IMG/VR virus record: IMGVR_UViG_3300045988_133025
Coordinates: 1-30,784 of that record
From: a virus
Reading direction: 5' to 3' (one strand)
DNA: 30,784 nt
Part shown: in pieces, positions 1 through 10,298 of the stretch
Position numbering within the stretch: the stretch's first letter is position 1
How the letters are laid out: every line of letters starts with the position of its first letter
Position numbers and translations under genes: made by a program
Notes under the pieces: model-generated
What the model was told of the DNA's origin: nothing
Database searches by the model: none
The model's input: the letters and a program-made list of their open reading frames with translations, nothing else

Positions 1-55
1 CCTAAACTATCTAAGGATGCTCAGTTAGGAGCATTATTACCATTAGATACAAGAA
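1..55. repeat. 55-nt terminal direct repeat, identical to 30730..30784; circular-assembly overlap
   Basis: Read directly: cctaaactatctaaggatgctcagttaggagcattattaccattagatacaagaa occurs at both ends. It lies inside a continuous reading frame (the fibre gene), so it is an assembly overlap rather than a physical end. Confidence 0.95.
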
Positions 56-3000
56 TCTGCCCACTAGTACCACCTGAAGTAGGAGCGTAAAGTCTAACCT
101 CAACACTATCTGATGAATAAAAATTATTTATAGTACCGTTTACAACTAATTGTTTAGTTTTAAGATCTTTTAGAGATCCATCTCCCATCGTTACATTAGT
201 ACTAGTACCTCCATCACTGATAAATTTTATAGCCGATACACTTCCTGGAAAAGAAGCATTTTGAGCATTATCTCAAGAATATAGTTGACCTACTTTAGAC
301 ATATTGTTAGGCATTTTTCAACCAAAAGTACCATATCCAGAAATTCTATAGACTGTTAGTTGTCCACTATAGTTTTCATTAACACTTTTAGTTGAAAATG
401 TAAACCTTAGTTTCGAATATTGAGAAGCTTGACTTGGGGAATTGTTATAATATATAGAAGATGTCAAAGCTCTAAAATTAGGTCCCGATCACCCCCGTAA
501 AACAGCATCCTGAGATATTATATCTCAAGATTCAGAACTAGGATTATATGCTTCTATAAAGCAATTATAACCAGAGCCGTTAGTAGACACATATATATAT
601 ATTCAATCAATAGTACAATACCTGTCACTATTATTTATAGTAAGTCTATATTGAGTGGTTGTGCTAACATCTTCTGTATCTATTAATTGTAGACCATACT
701 TATTATCTTGTGAAGTAAATAAACTTATAAGTCTACTACTCCCCTGAGGATCTTCAGTTCACAATTCTCCGTTGTTTTTACTTATTTCTCCATATAAATC
801 AGTACTTTTTATAAACGCTAATTTATCAGAACAATACTCTCCAATATATGAAGTAATTCCATATGGTACAGTATTAGAAGTTGCAGTGTCAACAGTAGGC
901 CCTCCTACACTAGTTATAGGTACTTTTCCCCATTCAGGAGCTGATCTTCCATTTGAAATTAATACTTGTCCTGCTGTTCCAGGAGTTGTAGGTCCATACA
1001 ATAATTTAGAAGACCCATTTGAACATAATACCCTGTGTCCATTATTTTCCGAAGTTTTAAAACCTTTTGCTGTTATGTATGTAAGATTACTGGCCCCATC
1101 CTTAAATTGGTATTCTGTTATAGTGTTGTTAGTATTTTGCTCCCCAGTAGAGTTTTTATGATTAATTACTAGCCTTCCTCCTTTAAATGTCTGTGGTATA
1201 TAGTTAAATTCATCTGACGTTACTGTATTCATATCTAGGAAAGTTAATTTCCTAAATGTTGGTACCCCAGATGTGCCACTTGGAGCTGCTCACACTGTAT
1301 TAGCAGTTTGTGGACTTAAAGATGATCCTAATTCTACATTTCCTGTAAGTATACTGCCAGAATTAGTGAATATAGAACTTGGCAGTACTAACTTAACTGA
1401 GTTAACTAAATCAGGTTTATCTGTCACTCCTGACCAAGGCACACTAGATGCTGCTCCCGCTGTATAAATAGAGTAGCCGTCTTCACTATTTAACTTAGAA
1501 GAATCAATAACAAAATACATATGACCTGTATCTTTCTCTTTAACAGTATCGCCTTCTTGTACTTGTTCAGTGGTTAAAGCTAGTCTTGCTGCTTTATTTG
1601 CAACTATTACTAAACGCTCCAGTGCTCCCTTAGGCAATCTTTCAATATCAATAACTCCCGAGGTAATTTTACCAGCATCTATACCATTAGCAACCCCTAT
1701 ATCTACAATATGTCCTTTCTCATCCTTAGTAATAGAATTTATAATAGTTCCAGATGTAGCACTCCCTCCAACAGGAGTGTAGTGATTTGCAGCACTAGTA
1801 ACCTTGCTATCTGGAGTGTCTATATTACCTGATCCTAGGATACTTTCACCATTAATAGTTTTAATATTAGTTCCAGAAACTAACTCTCCTTGGAATTCTT
1901 CATCATAAGTTTCTACCATAACTGGTTGATTTTCTATAATATATGCAATCAGAGTTATGTTACTAGTTCCTGATAAATATGTTGCATAAGCAACAAAGCT
2001 TCTCTGAGATTCTGAAGAGGAATACTGTCAATAATTAGAGGTTAACGTCGTTTCAGCAGTTTTAATTCTAATTAAAACTGCTCTATCACTTGCCGCAGCT
2101 TCTGCAACTCTATTAAAATCTGTCTCATTTGGTATTTGTTCATTTTCTACCGTAATAGAAGGAACATCACCTACATTAATATTACCATCTCCTAATAAAG
2201 AAAGATTGTTAATTGTTCTAATTGATTCTCCACTAACAAGAATATCCTGTTTAGTAGCAATTGCAGAGGTATTACTAGTTACTTGCTCTTGTAATGTATC
2301 AACTGTACTTTTATCTGCCTTTAATGCCAAATCAGAAGTAGTTGCATAATTACCTGCAGCTTGAATACCAAGAGCAGCAAGAGTTTTATTTCCAGACAAT
2401 TCAACTGAATTAATCTGTGGTTTATTTGTCAACTGATTATAATCTCCAGTTCCTACAGATATTGATATTTCAGAAGTATCGACACTTATGTTACCATTAG
2501 CTACTAAAACTGCAGATACCTCAACGATTGTAGAATCATCTTTAAGATATATTCCTTTTAAATCTAATGATTCGTTGTTTTCAATAGCAACTAAAGGAAG
2601 AACTACTACTTTGCCTTCGTAAGTAATCTCGGCAAATAAATAGAACTCTAAATTAGACTTAATAAAAGAATATACATAAGCTTGATGTTCTGTATCATTT
2701 TCATCTAAATGTAAAAATAAATGATTATTAAATGCAGATATAACATTATCTACAATTCGTATATTGGCTCCTGCTGTTAATTTATCTTGTTTTTTAGAAA
2801 TAGCTGTATTAATTGCACTGTTAATATTGTCTATTTCTTCTTTAGTATACTTATCATTAAGAATACCAAATACTTGAGATGTTAAAATACCAGAAGCATT
2901 AGTACTTGTATTATATCCAGGAAGCTCAACTGCTTGTCCAGTTTGATTACCTAAAGATGGAGTAATAGTCAATTTAGTAGGTATTGCTTGAACCTGTATT

Positions 3001-3494
3001 GCTGGAACTATGTTCGTTGAGGCTTCTAGAGTCTTACCATTTAAAGACGGCTTATTATCTATTGAACTATAATCAGCAGATATAGTATTTCCAGATATAT
3101 TGATTCCATTACCTTCAACTAATTCATCTTGTTTTCCAGCTAAACCTTCAGTAACAGATTCATTAGTAGCAAATCCTTGACTATTTACTCATTCTTCTGT
3201 AGCATATCCATCTAAGCTAGTAATATACCCACTATCATTAGTCAATTGACTAGTTTTAGTAGGTATATTGCTAGTAGATGCTAATCCTAACTCACTTGCA
3301 GTAAGATTCCCATTTAAAGATACTCCGTTTATTTCTGGCTTATTTTGCAGATCTTGATAATTATTAGTTCCTAAATCTTCTCCATTTAAAAGAGCTATAT
3401 TATCATCTTTATCTATTACTAAGGCTTTGGTTACATTATCTCTTGTAATAGTGTCTGCCTCAAGTACATTTAAATAGGGTAATAGATTTTCCAT
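1..3494 (-). CDS. Tail fibre / receptor-binding protein, N-terminal about 1164 codons; continues across the circular junction to 30591 (1210 aa in total)
   Basis: ATG at 3494..3492 overlaps the upstream TAA (TAATG). Track pieces 3189..3494, 2028..2972, 1290..1919 and 759..1232 plus the unlisted stretches share one frame. They are separated only by TGA (lowest coordinates 3189, 2028, 1290, 759, 525, 489, 318, 273, 21). Hand translation of gaps 2973..3188, 1920..2027 and 1..758 met no TAA or TAG. Fibre-type motifs NKP(E/Q/S)(I/L)NG..L.G recur. Confidence 0.8.
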
Positions 3495-3736
3495 TATTCG
3501 TTAAGTTTTAATTTCTCCTCAATCTTTTGTGTTTGTAAATCAACATATTGCTGATGTTTACTTAGATCTATTTCATAATATGCACTAATATCCAAATCTT
3601 TTGGACAGTACATAATAGTAGAAGCACTATATTCTTCAATTGGATCAGATTCTTTATAATTAGTGATAACCTTTCCTTCCTCAGCTTCTAGTACCTTAAA
3701 CTTTAATTGATCATTTGTTGTAAATTTAATTGCCAT
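3494..3736 (-). CDS. Hypothetical protein, 80 aa, translationally coupled to the fibre gene
   Basis: Intact ORF. Its TAA (3494..3496) overlaps the fibre ATG by 1 nt. It follows the terminator at 3765..3803. Confidence 0.55.
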   Translation of the reverse strand: MAIKFTTNDQLKFKVLEAEEGKVITNYKESDPIEEYSASTIMYCPKDLDISAYYEIDLSKHQQYVDLQTQKIEEKLKLNE

Positions 3737-3764
3737 ATTATATAATTTTTATTATTAATGTCTA

Positions 3765-3803
3765 TAAAACAAAATAAGGGGCAAGTAAATTAATACTCGC
3801 CCC
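3765..3803 (-). terminator. Rho-independent terminator after the tail-tube-like gene
   Basis: Hairpin 3778..3803 (GGGGCAAGT / ACTCGCCCC, one mismatch, 8-nt loop). On the minus strand it is followed by TTATTTTGTTTT. Confidence 0.7.
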
Positions 3804-3814
3804 TCTTTCTGTTA

Positions 3815-4339
3815 TTAAGCACCTACAACGCTTTGGATAGCTTCTGCAGATAACTCATAAGGATAAGAATCTGAATCTGTTGAAAGTGTCAGAGTATAAG
3901 CATTCTGATCACCTTTAGCAGTACCAGTAACACCCGTACCAGCGGAAGCGCTTACATAATCATCTTTACCTAAGAACCAATACTTACCATTGCTGTCTTC
4001 AACAACAACTGCAAGCTGACCAATTGATAAAGCTGCAATCTCTACTCGTTTTGCGGTTTCCATCTTTGTAAATACAAGAGCAAGCTCATTACTTACATAA
4101 TTAACACCAGCACTTTCATCTACATTTAAAGTTGAGGTTAGAGAACCAGTAGCCTTTCTAAATTGGTAGTTATACCATTTAGCTGAAGTCTCAAGAGTAA
4201 TAGCTGAAATCATATTGCTATCTTGATCAACCGTTACACTCTTAACATCTGCATACTGAGTAATCCAGACCTGTTTGATGCCACCCAATGAAGGTTGGCA
4301 ATCAAGTGTGATTCCTGCGATAGTTATTAAACAAGCCAT
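3815..4339 (-). CDS. Major tail (tube)-like structural protein, 174 aa
   Basis: Intact ORF ending in TAA. The pattern GGIKQVWI...WYNYQF...NGKYWFLG...TGVTGTAKGDQNAYTLTL resembles siphovirus tail-tube families. It lies downstream of the capsid gene, has richer G/C codon usage, contains no TGA (3 Trp, all TGG) and is followed by a strong terminator. Confidence 0.5.
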   Translation of the reverse strand: MACLITIAGITLDCQPSLGGIKQVWITQYADVKSVTVDQDSNMISAITLETSAKWYNYQFRKATGSLTSTLNVDESAGVNYVSNELALVFTKMETAKRVEIAALSIGQLAVVVEDSNGKYWFLGKDDYVSASAGTGVTGTAKGDQNAYTLTLSTDSDSYPYELSAEAIQSVVGA

Positions 4340-4360
4340 ATATTTATTAAACTTTATTAA

Positions 4361-5095
4361 TTATTCGTATTTCCACTTTCATTTATAACCAAAACAAGAA
4401 GATCTTTTACCATTACATACATCTGGAATATGAGAACGCTTACTATTAAATGATTTAGCTGCATTCATTATACAATTCCATTCTTTAATAAATTCTCCAT
4501 CTAATGAATACTGCAATACTGGTTTACCATACTTATTAATCATAGCAGCACTGACACTTTTACTAAGTTTTTCTTTGGTAGCATCACTATGATGTTTCCC
4601 TCACATATTTCCCTTCTCTCCTTTTTGAGCTTCAGATATTTTGCGTTTATGTCCCTCAGAAAGTTGTTTACCTATATTATGTATAGGATCAATCCATCTT
4701 TCTGGATGATTCTTCATATATTCTCTCTGCTTTTCTATTCTCTCAAGAGATAACTTAACACCTTTATGTGATTCACTTATCTTTTTTCTAGATTCATCAG
4801 ATACCACTCTATTTAATTGACCTCCAAAATCAATATTATAGCCAAACTCAGAATCATAAGACTTATACTTCTTTATATAGTACTTTTCCCAATTAGTCTC
4901 TAAAGTCTTTAATACCTCTATATTAAAAGATTCTTTACCGTATTTTAATACTGCAGATTTTAGATGAGCATTGCCTCTCTGATGAAGAGACATATGCTCA
5001 CTAAATCTTTGTCTTATATTTCTTATAGTTTGACCTATGTAAACTTTGTTATTTATAGTATTTGTAATTATATAAACGTTCCCAATTCGGTTCAT
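4361..5095 (-). CDS. GIY-YIG homing endonuclease (free-standing), 244 aa
   Basis: N-terminus GNVYIITNTINNKVYIGQT...RF.EH. NUMOD3-like GKHHS..TKEKLS and a C-terminal IENR1-like QYSLDGEFIKEW...CNGKRSSCFGYKWKWKYE appear only when TGA at 4601..4603 and 4379..4381 is read as Trp. Stop is TAA at 4361..4363. Confidence 0.85.
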
Positions 5096-5138
5096 ATGTT
5101 CAGATTATTTTAGTTATAAATTACTGATTATCTATTAT

Positions 5139-6038
5139 TTAAGCTTTTGCACCAAGTACGATCTCATCAGGGAAAGCAACTTGTACACCAGCGTTAAATT
5201 CAATAGCTAATCTAAATTCTCTGAAATCCTGCGAATACCACATTTCGAATTTCTCTTCGTCATTCATCATATCGCAGCCATAGAAGAAGTTCTTGTCAAG
5301 CTGACCAGCAACGATCTTGTCAGTTCCGTTAAGACCATTAACAGCGATTACTTTAACCTGCGAACCAGGAAGCATAATCTCACCGTTAAGATTCTCACCA
5401 CTATAATGGAAGTAGTTCTTAACAACTAACTCCTGGACGAATTTACGGAAGGTATCAGCGCCTACTAAGATAGAAGCACCATCAAGTACTTTCTCAGGAA
5501 TAGCATTATAAACCTTCATAACGTCATCGTAAGCAGAAGTACCAGCAATCGTTACTTCAACAGTACCAACAGCATTTTTTAAGATCTTTAACAGACCATC
5601 GAAATACTTAAGGTTGTTCGTACTAGAAGTAGTATCACCTTGCCAGATAGCGGTTTCAATAGTGGCTTTAACATTCTCAACTACACCACTAATAAAGTCC
5701 TCTTCGAAAGGAAGCGTTTTCTGACCAGCAGCAACGCGAACCTGATACTGAGTCCAATATTTAAGCATAGCTTTGTCGCAATAAGCCATATTAATCTTGA
5801 TATTTCCAGTCGTAAGAACTCGTTGTGAAAGAGTCTGCGTTCCAGCCTCATCCCATCCACAAGTCAGACCATCTCCAAATTCAACATCAGTTGAAAGTAA
5901 GTTAAGAGCAGCTGAAGTTTTAATATCAGTCTGTAAGTTAAATAAACTAGCACTCTTAGCTTTTAATACAGCCTCTTTAATAAGAGGTAATCTACGCTGC
6001 TCAACATAAGCAGTCAAAGAAGTCATTACAGGATTCAT
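5139..6038 (-). CDS. Major capsid protein, 299 aa
   Basis: Intact ORF directly downstream of the protease-scaffold pair (an HEG intervenes). Size and position are typical of an HK97-fold capsid protein. Codons are G/C-richer. There are 4 Trp, all TGG, and no TGA. Confidence 0.7.
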   Translation of the reverse strand: MNPVMTSLTAYVEQRRLPLIKEAVLKAKSASLFNLQTDIKTSAALNLLSTDVEFGDGLTCGWDEAGTQTLSQRVLTTGNIKINMAYCDKAMLKYWTQYQVRVAAGQKTLPFEEDFISGVVENVKATIETAIWQGDTTSSTNNLKYFDGLLKILKNAVGTVEVTIAGTSAYDDVMKVYNAIPEKVLDGASILVGADTFRKFVQELVVKNYFHYSGENLNGEIMLPGSQVKVIAVNGLNGTDKIVAGQLDKNFFYGCDMMNDEEKFEMWYSQDFREFRLAIEFNAGVQVAFPDEIVLGAKA

Positions 6039-6044
6039 ATTTTA

Positions 6045-6554
6045 TTAATTTTGAAATAAATGATTTCTATGTGTTTTTGCCCTACCAGCTAAAACATTAT
6101 CTACACATTTAGGATTATATCCATCTTTCTTTAATTCTTGTCTATTGTAATAGACTTTTACTAAATTTCCATCTAAAGAATAACACTTTATACCTTCGTA
6201 TGATTTACTTCAGGTAACTCCAAGTCTAGCTTTACTGATTGATATTTTAGAGTCTTCTGTATGATGTTTCCCATAAAACGGATTATTAATTCCAGTATGA
6301 TTGTGTCCTTTTCTTTTACCTCCGTTTAATCCTCCAGGTTCTTGATTCATACATAAAGGATCTGTCTTTCAAAGATTGCCAATTCAATATGTATCAACTG
6401 TTCCGTATTTATCGAAATAAGATTTACAAAACCGACCGCTTCCCCTATAAGCTTTGTCATTTTCAGGCTTATATTTAACTGTTCGTTTTCCTATATAATA
6501 TTTTCCAAAATGATTAGGATGAAGGAAGTCGATTCTATAAATATAATGATACAT
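6045..6554 (-). CDS. GIY-YIG homing endonuclease (free-standing), 169 aa
   Basis: There is no ORF here in the standard-code track. With TGA=Trp (6384..6386, 6369..6371, 6210..6212) it reads MYHYIYRIDFL..GKYYIGKR...NPFYGKHHTEDSKISISKA...YSLDGNLVKVY. The ATG overlaps the scaffold TAA (TAATG). Stop is TAA at 6045..6047. Confidence 0.8.
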
Positions 6555-7156
6555 TAACCAATAAAGTTTTTAAGCTTCTTATCTATTTCTGCTATCCCAC
6601 TTATAGGAGCAGTTGTTTTATTTTCAAGTGTTTCCTCTGCTGAAAAAGCAGCACTCATCTTACTCATTTTTTCTACAGTCTTTTCAGTAGCTTCTGATTT
6701 TCCTTCAAGTTCTGCTACCTTCTTAACAAGCTTATCTACAATATCGTAAAGCTCATTAATTTCGCGATGAATAGCGTCGATTGCATCAGTCTCAGTTTCT
6801 TTAACACCGTCTGTTTCAACAGCAGGATCGGCAACTTCCTCAGCTTTTACTTTCTTAGTTCCACAAGCAGCATCAACTTCTGCTTTAGCTGCTTCTTCTG
6901 GATCAACCTCAGCTTTAGGATCAGTAATGGACTCTACTTTACCGTCTTTAACAACAATCGTCTTTCCATCCTCAGTTACATACTCACCATCAGCAGCAGG
7001 TTTGTATTCTCCGTTCTCATCCTGAACATATACATCCATACCAGCGCGTAAGTCTTCATCTGAATCCCAAGTTAAGACTCCATTTGAAGTTTTCAGATCA
7101 CTGAACTTTGCAAGCATTTTAGCCAATTCAAGCTTGATTCTTGTGAATTTGCTCAT
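6554..7156 (-). CDS. Scaffolding protein, 200 aa
   Basis: Acidic, Lys/Glu-rich, coiled-coil-like sequence between the protease and the capsid gene. No TGA. Confidence 0.6.
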   Translation of the reverse strand: MSKFTRIKLELAKMLAKFSDLKTSNGVLTWDSDEDLRAGMDVYVQDENGEYKPAADGEYVTEDGKTIVVKDGKVESITDPKAEVDPEEAAKAEVDAACGTKKVKAEEVADPAVETDGVKETETDAIDAIHREINELYDIVDKLVKKVAELEGKSEATEKTVEKMSKMSAAFSAEETLENKTTAPISGIAEIDKKLKNFIG

Positions 7157-7169
7157 TTAATTAATAATT

Positions 7170-7763
7170 TTAATGTTTAACTCTTTTTATTTTTCTCAAC
7201 ATTTTTTGAATCTCTTTAAGTTCCTCATATTCATCAGATTGTCTTTCTAAAGTAAACAATCCCTCAATAGAGAATCCTTTAAACTTGCCAGCTTTAATTG
7301 CATCCCATATAACAGGATTATTTACTTTATAAGTAGCAAATAATGAACCATCTGGACAATCAGCAAATTCAACTGGATTAATTCCTCTATCTATATCTTT
7401 AATATATAGCTCTTGAAGAATTATTCCAGGAATTACCGAATCTTCCAAATGTTCAATATTTACATCAGTAGTTCTCTTATCATACATCATTTTTTCAGCC
7501 ATTAAACGGAGAGTTTCTTTATCATATTGAATATAATATTCTCCGTTTTTACTATCCCGTCTAAATATAGGTATATCACATACCATTAAACAAGAAGTAA
7601 CTATATGTTTTTCTTCATCCATCGAGAACTTCTGAGATTCCCCAAAAGCAAGCCAATTAACTTGGGTTGCAGGTTTACTGGTCAATGCTACGAACTCTAT
7701 TCCATCACAATCATCAGCAATAATTGCTTGATATAATGGAAGATCATTATACATTTTTTCCAT
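7170..7763 (-). CDS. Prohead protease, XkdF-like, 197 aa
   Basis: DVNIEHLED...GSLFATYKVNNPVIWDAIKAGKFKGFSIEG matches the XkdF-type phage protease pattern. It sits just upstream of the scaffold and capsid genes. No TGA. Confidence 0.6.
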   Translation of the reverse strand: MEKMYNDLPLYQAIIADDCDGIEFVALTSKPATQVNWLAFGESQKFSMDEEKHIVTSCLMVCDIPIFRRDSKNGEYYIQYDKETLRLMAEKMMYDKRTTDVNIEHLEDSVIPGIILQELYIKDIDRGINPVEFADCPDGSLFATYKVNNPVIWDAIKAGKFKGFSIEGLFTLERQSDEYEELKEIQKMLRKIKRVKH

Positions 7764-7842
7764 TTTTTATTAATATATAAGCTATTTTAAAAATGTAATA
7801 TTGTTACAATCTTTTATTTTTGTATATTTATATACTATCAAA

Positions 7843-7865
7843 TGTCAAGTTTTTTACTCAAATTT
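7843..7865. promoter_or_regulatory. Conserved intergenic motif, copy A2 (TGTCAAGTTTTTTACTCAAATTT)
   Basis: One of four near-identical copies (7938, 17012, 30189). It forms the start of a ~50-nt unit (7842..7892) that ends in the inverted TTGACAT and is homologous to 17012..17052. Confidence 0.6.
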
Positions 7866-7894
7866 GTATCTAAGATAAATAAATTTTGACATAG

Positions 7895-7938
7895 CACTAC
7901 TATATAAGCACTGATAATCAGCAACTTACATAGTAGTG
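7895..7938. other. Stem-loop (9-bp stem CACTACTAT / ATAGTAGTG, 26-nt loop) between motif copies A1 and A2
   Basis: Complementary arms at 7895..7903 and 7930..7938 read directly. The loop holds a small inner CTGA/TCAG hairpin. Confidence 0.5.
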
Positions 7939-7960
7939 TGTCAGAAATTTTACTCACTTT
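7938..7960. promoter_or_regulatory. Conserved intergenic motif, copy A1 (GTGTCAGAAATTTTACTCACTTT)
   Basis: A more diverged copy. It overlaps the tape-measure stop codon (7959..7961). On the minus strand it directly precedes the 7895..7938 hairpin. Confidence 0.5.
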
Positions 7961-10298
7961 AGAAACTTGCATTTGATTCTGTAACTGCAACTTTAGTTTG
8001 AGCATTAGTAATATCACTCTCAACTACATAACATTTAACAGGTTGATTCAATTCATCAGTCTCTTTATTGCCAAGTAAGTTTCGAGTATATTCTACAGGA
8101 GCAGTATTTAAAGCAGCTGGTGCTGTAGTTCCTGCATCACTTCCAGAACCTCCAGATGAAGGTAATTGTTCATTCTGGATAGCTTTTACATTAGCAATAC
8201 CAGCTATAACAGCAGTGGCAGCAGCAATAGGAGCAAGAATAGGACCTACAAATGGAATACCTACCATAGCTTTATATGCACCTTGAGCAGAACTGATAGT
8301 ATCAATGATAGCTTGAGTAGTAGCTAATGCTTTATAAACTTTAAATGATTTCTCTCTTTGCTTCTCCGATTTTGAATCGTCACTAGCTTCTTGTTTAAAT
8401 ACATTAGCTAAAGCTCCACTTAAAGAAGAAGCTACATTCATAGTAGCTTGAATAGCTTGCTGCTTTTTAGCTTGTCTATCTTTAAATGCTTGCAGATCTG
8501 CTTCTTCTCTTGCATTAGCTGCTTCTGATAAAGCTATATCATTAGCTTCCTGTTGCAATTTAATAGCTTGAGATTGATTAGCATATTCTTGTTCTGTTAT
8601 TAACTTATTGTTATATTGCTCATTTAAGATAGCTTGCTGTTGAGACATTAATTCATTTTCTCTTGTAATCCTATCTTTAGTAAGATTATATAACTGTTCA
8701 TTATAAGCTAATGTGTCTTGATACTGTCTTTGAATATCTACTCCAGATTGATAGAAATCCGTTGAACCAAATTGTTGAACTCTAGTTTCATAACTTCCAG
8801 ATTTACCTGCAGATAATGCAGCTTCTTTATTTGCAAATAATTGAGATTCCCTATCTTGCATTTCTTGTAATGCAGATAATCTATCTTGAAGCTCTGTTTT
8901 ATAAATTTCTCTCTGATCTTCTAAATATTCTTTATTATATGCATCATTTACTTGTTTAACTCTTTTTAAATATTCCTCTTGAGTTAATTCTTTTTTATCA
9001 AGTAGCCATTTTAAATCATTTAATTGTAACTGATAATTTTCTTTTAAAATTAAATTTTCTCTATCTGTTTCACTTAATAAAGTTTTTTCATTATCAGACC
9101 AATATTTATCAATAGCTGCTTTTTTAGTTTTTATTTCATCTTGAAGTTTATCTAAAGCCTGTTTTCTAGCTCTTGCCGCTTCTTCTTCTGCTTTTTTTCT
9201 ATCTTCAAGAATTTTATTTCCTGTTTTTACAAGATTTTGATAATCCCTTAAAGGATTTTTAGTCTCGTCTAAGTATTTAGTGTTATTTGCTAAACTTTCA
9301 GAAACTCTTTGTAATTCTAATCTCGCCTCTTTTACATCCTTCCCAGTTACTTTTTTTAAGAATTGTTGTCTATATAATGTATTTTTAAATAATTCTGAGA
9401 TTTCCTCTTCTGTTTTACCAAATCTTGTACCTATTGATAGTAAATCTTTATCATAAGCAGTTAGGGCATTCCTAAATGCCTTATCTAATTCTATAATATC
9501 TTTCAAAAATGCCTTAACTTTCCTTTCTTCAAACGTTTGAAGAGTAACAGCAGCTCCTATTTTTGATAATTCCTTATATGCATCAGTAGCTTTAATTACA
9601 TTCTCTATTTCATCTTTTAATTCAGGATTTAATTTAATAAGACTATTATATTCCGCCTCTCAAAATGATTCTTTAGCTCGAGTTCTTAAATTCTCATTTC
9701 TTTGTCTAATATTTTCTATTTCATCGCTTGTTAATTTAGCTTCATCTTTTAGTGAAGTAAGTTTATCTATAAGCAAACCAACTGCTACAAGTAGAGCACC
9801 AATTCCTGTTGATACTAATGCTGCCTTAAATCCATTCATAGCAACTGATGTACCAGTTATTGCTACAGATAATGCTTTAAATGATTTTACTCCATTAAGA
9901 ATACCTTCACCTAAACCTTTTAATCCTCCAATTCCTTGAACTATAGCAATTGCTGCTTGCAATTTAACCATAGTTTTTTGAAGATTCTCTGTATCTTTTC
10001 CAAATAAAGTAAATGCTGCACTAACAGCTGAAACTCCTCCAGCTAAACCTCCTGCTACTTGATTGATACTATCAAATGCTTTTACGGCATTTACAGTCTT
10101 ACCTTGCATAGATTCTGTAGCAACACCTAACTTATTTTGAACATTAACAAGTTCTTCAAGTTTTTTAGTATAATCAGTACTACCAATCTCAAGATCTTCC
10201 AGTTCAGCCGTCAAGCCAGCTACTTCTTCTCGTAGCTGCTTGATCGACTTTGAACTAGTTTTAGTATCGATTGATATAACCTTTTTTATTTCTTCCAT
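7959..10298 (-). CDS. Tape measure protein, 779 aa
   Basis: Track pieces 9660..10304 and 7959..9506 are in frame and joined by one TGA (9660..9662); gap 9507..9659 translates without stops. The protein has a long coiled-coil core. It also has Gly/Ala-rich hydrophobic blocks (AGGLAGGVSAVSAAF, IGALLVAVGLL, VGIPFVGPILAPIAAATAVIAGIA), typical of tape measure proteins. The likely start is ATG at 10298; the track's start at 10304 is TTG. Confidence 0.65.

Noticed and set aside
1-55. Terminal repeat as physical direct terminal repeats of the virion DNA
   Set aside because: It is exactly 55 nt, a common assembler k-mer length, and falls inside the fibre reading frame. It is best explained as circularisation overlap. 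The true termini cannot be read from the sequence alone.
7838-8023. 61-aa minus-strand ORF across the 7764..7958 spacer
   Set aside because: It runs out of frame over the tape-measure 3' end and through the repeated motif and hairpin region. Its sequence is low-complexity. It is more plausibly non-coding regulatory DNA.
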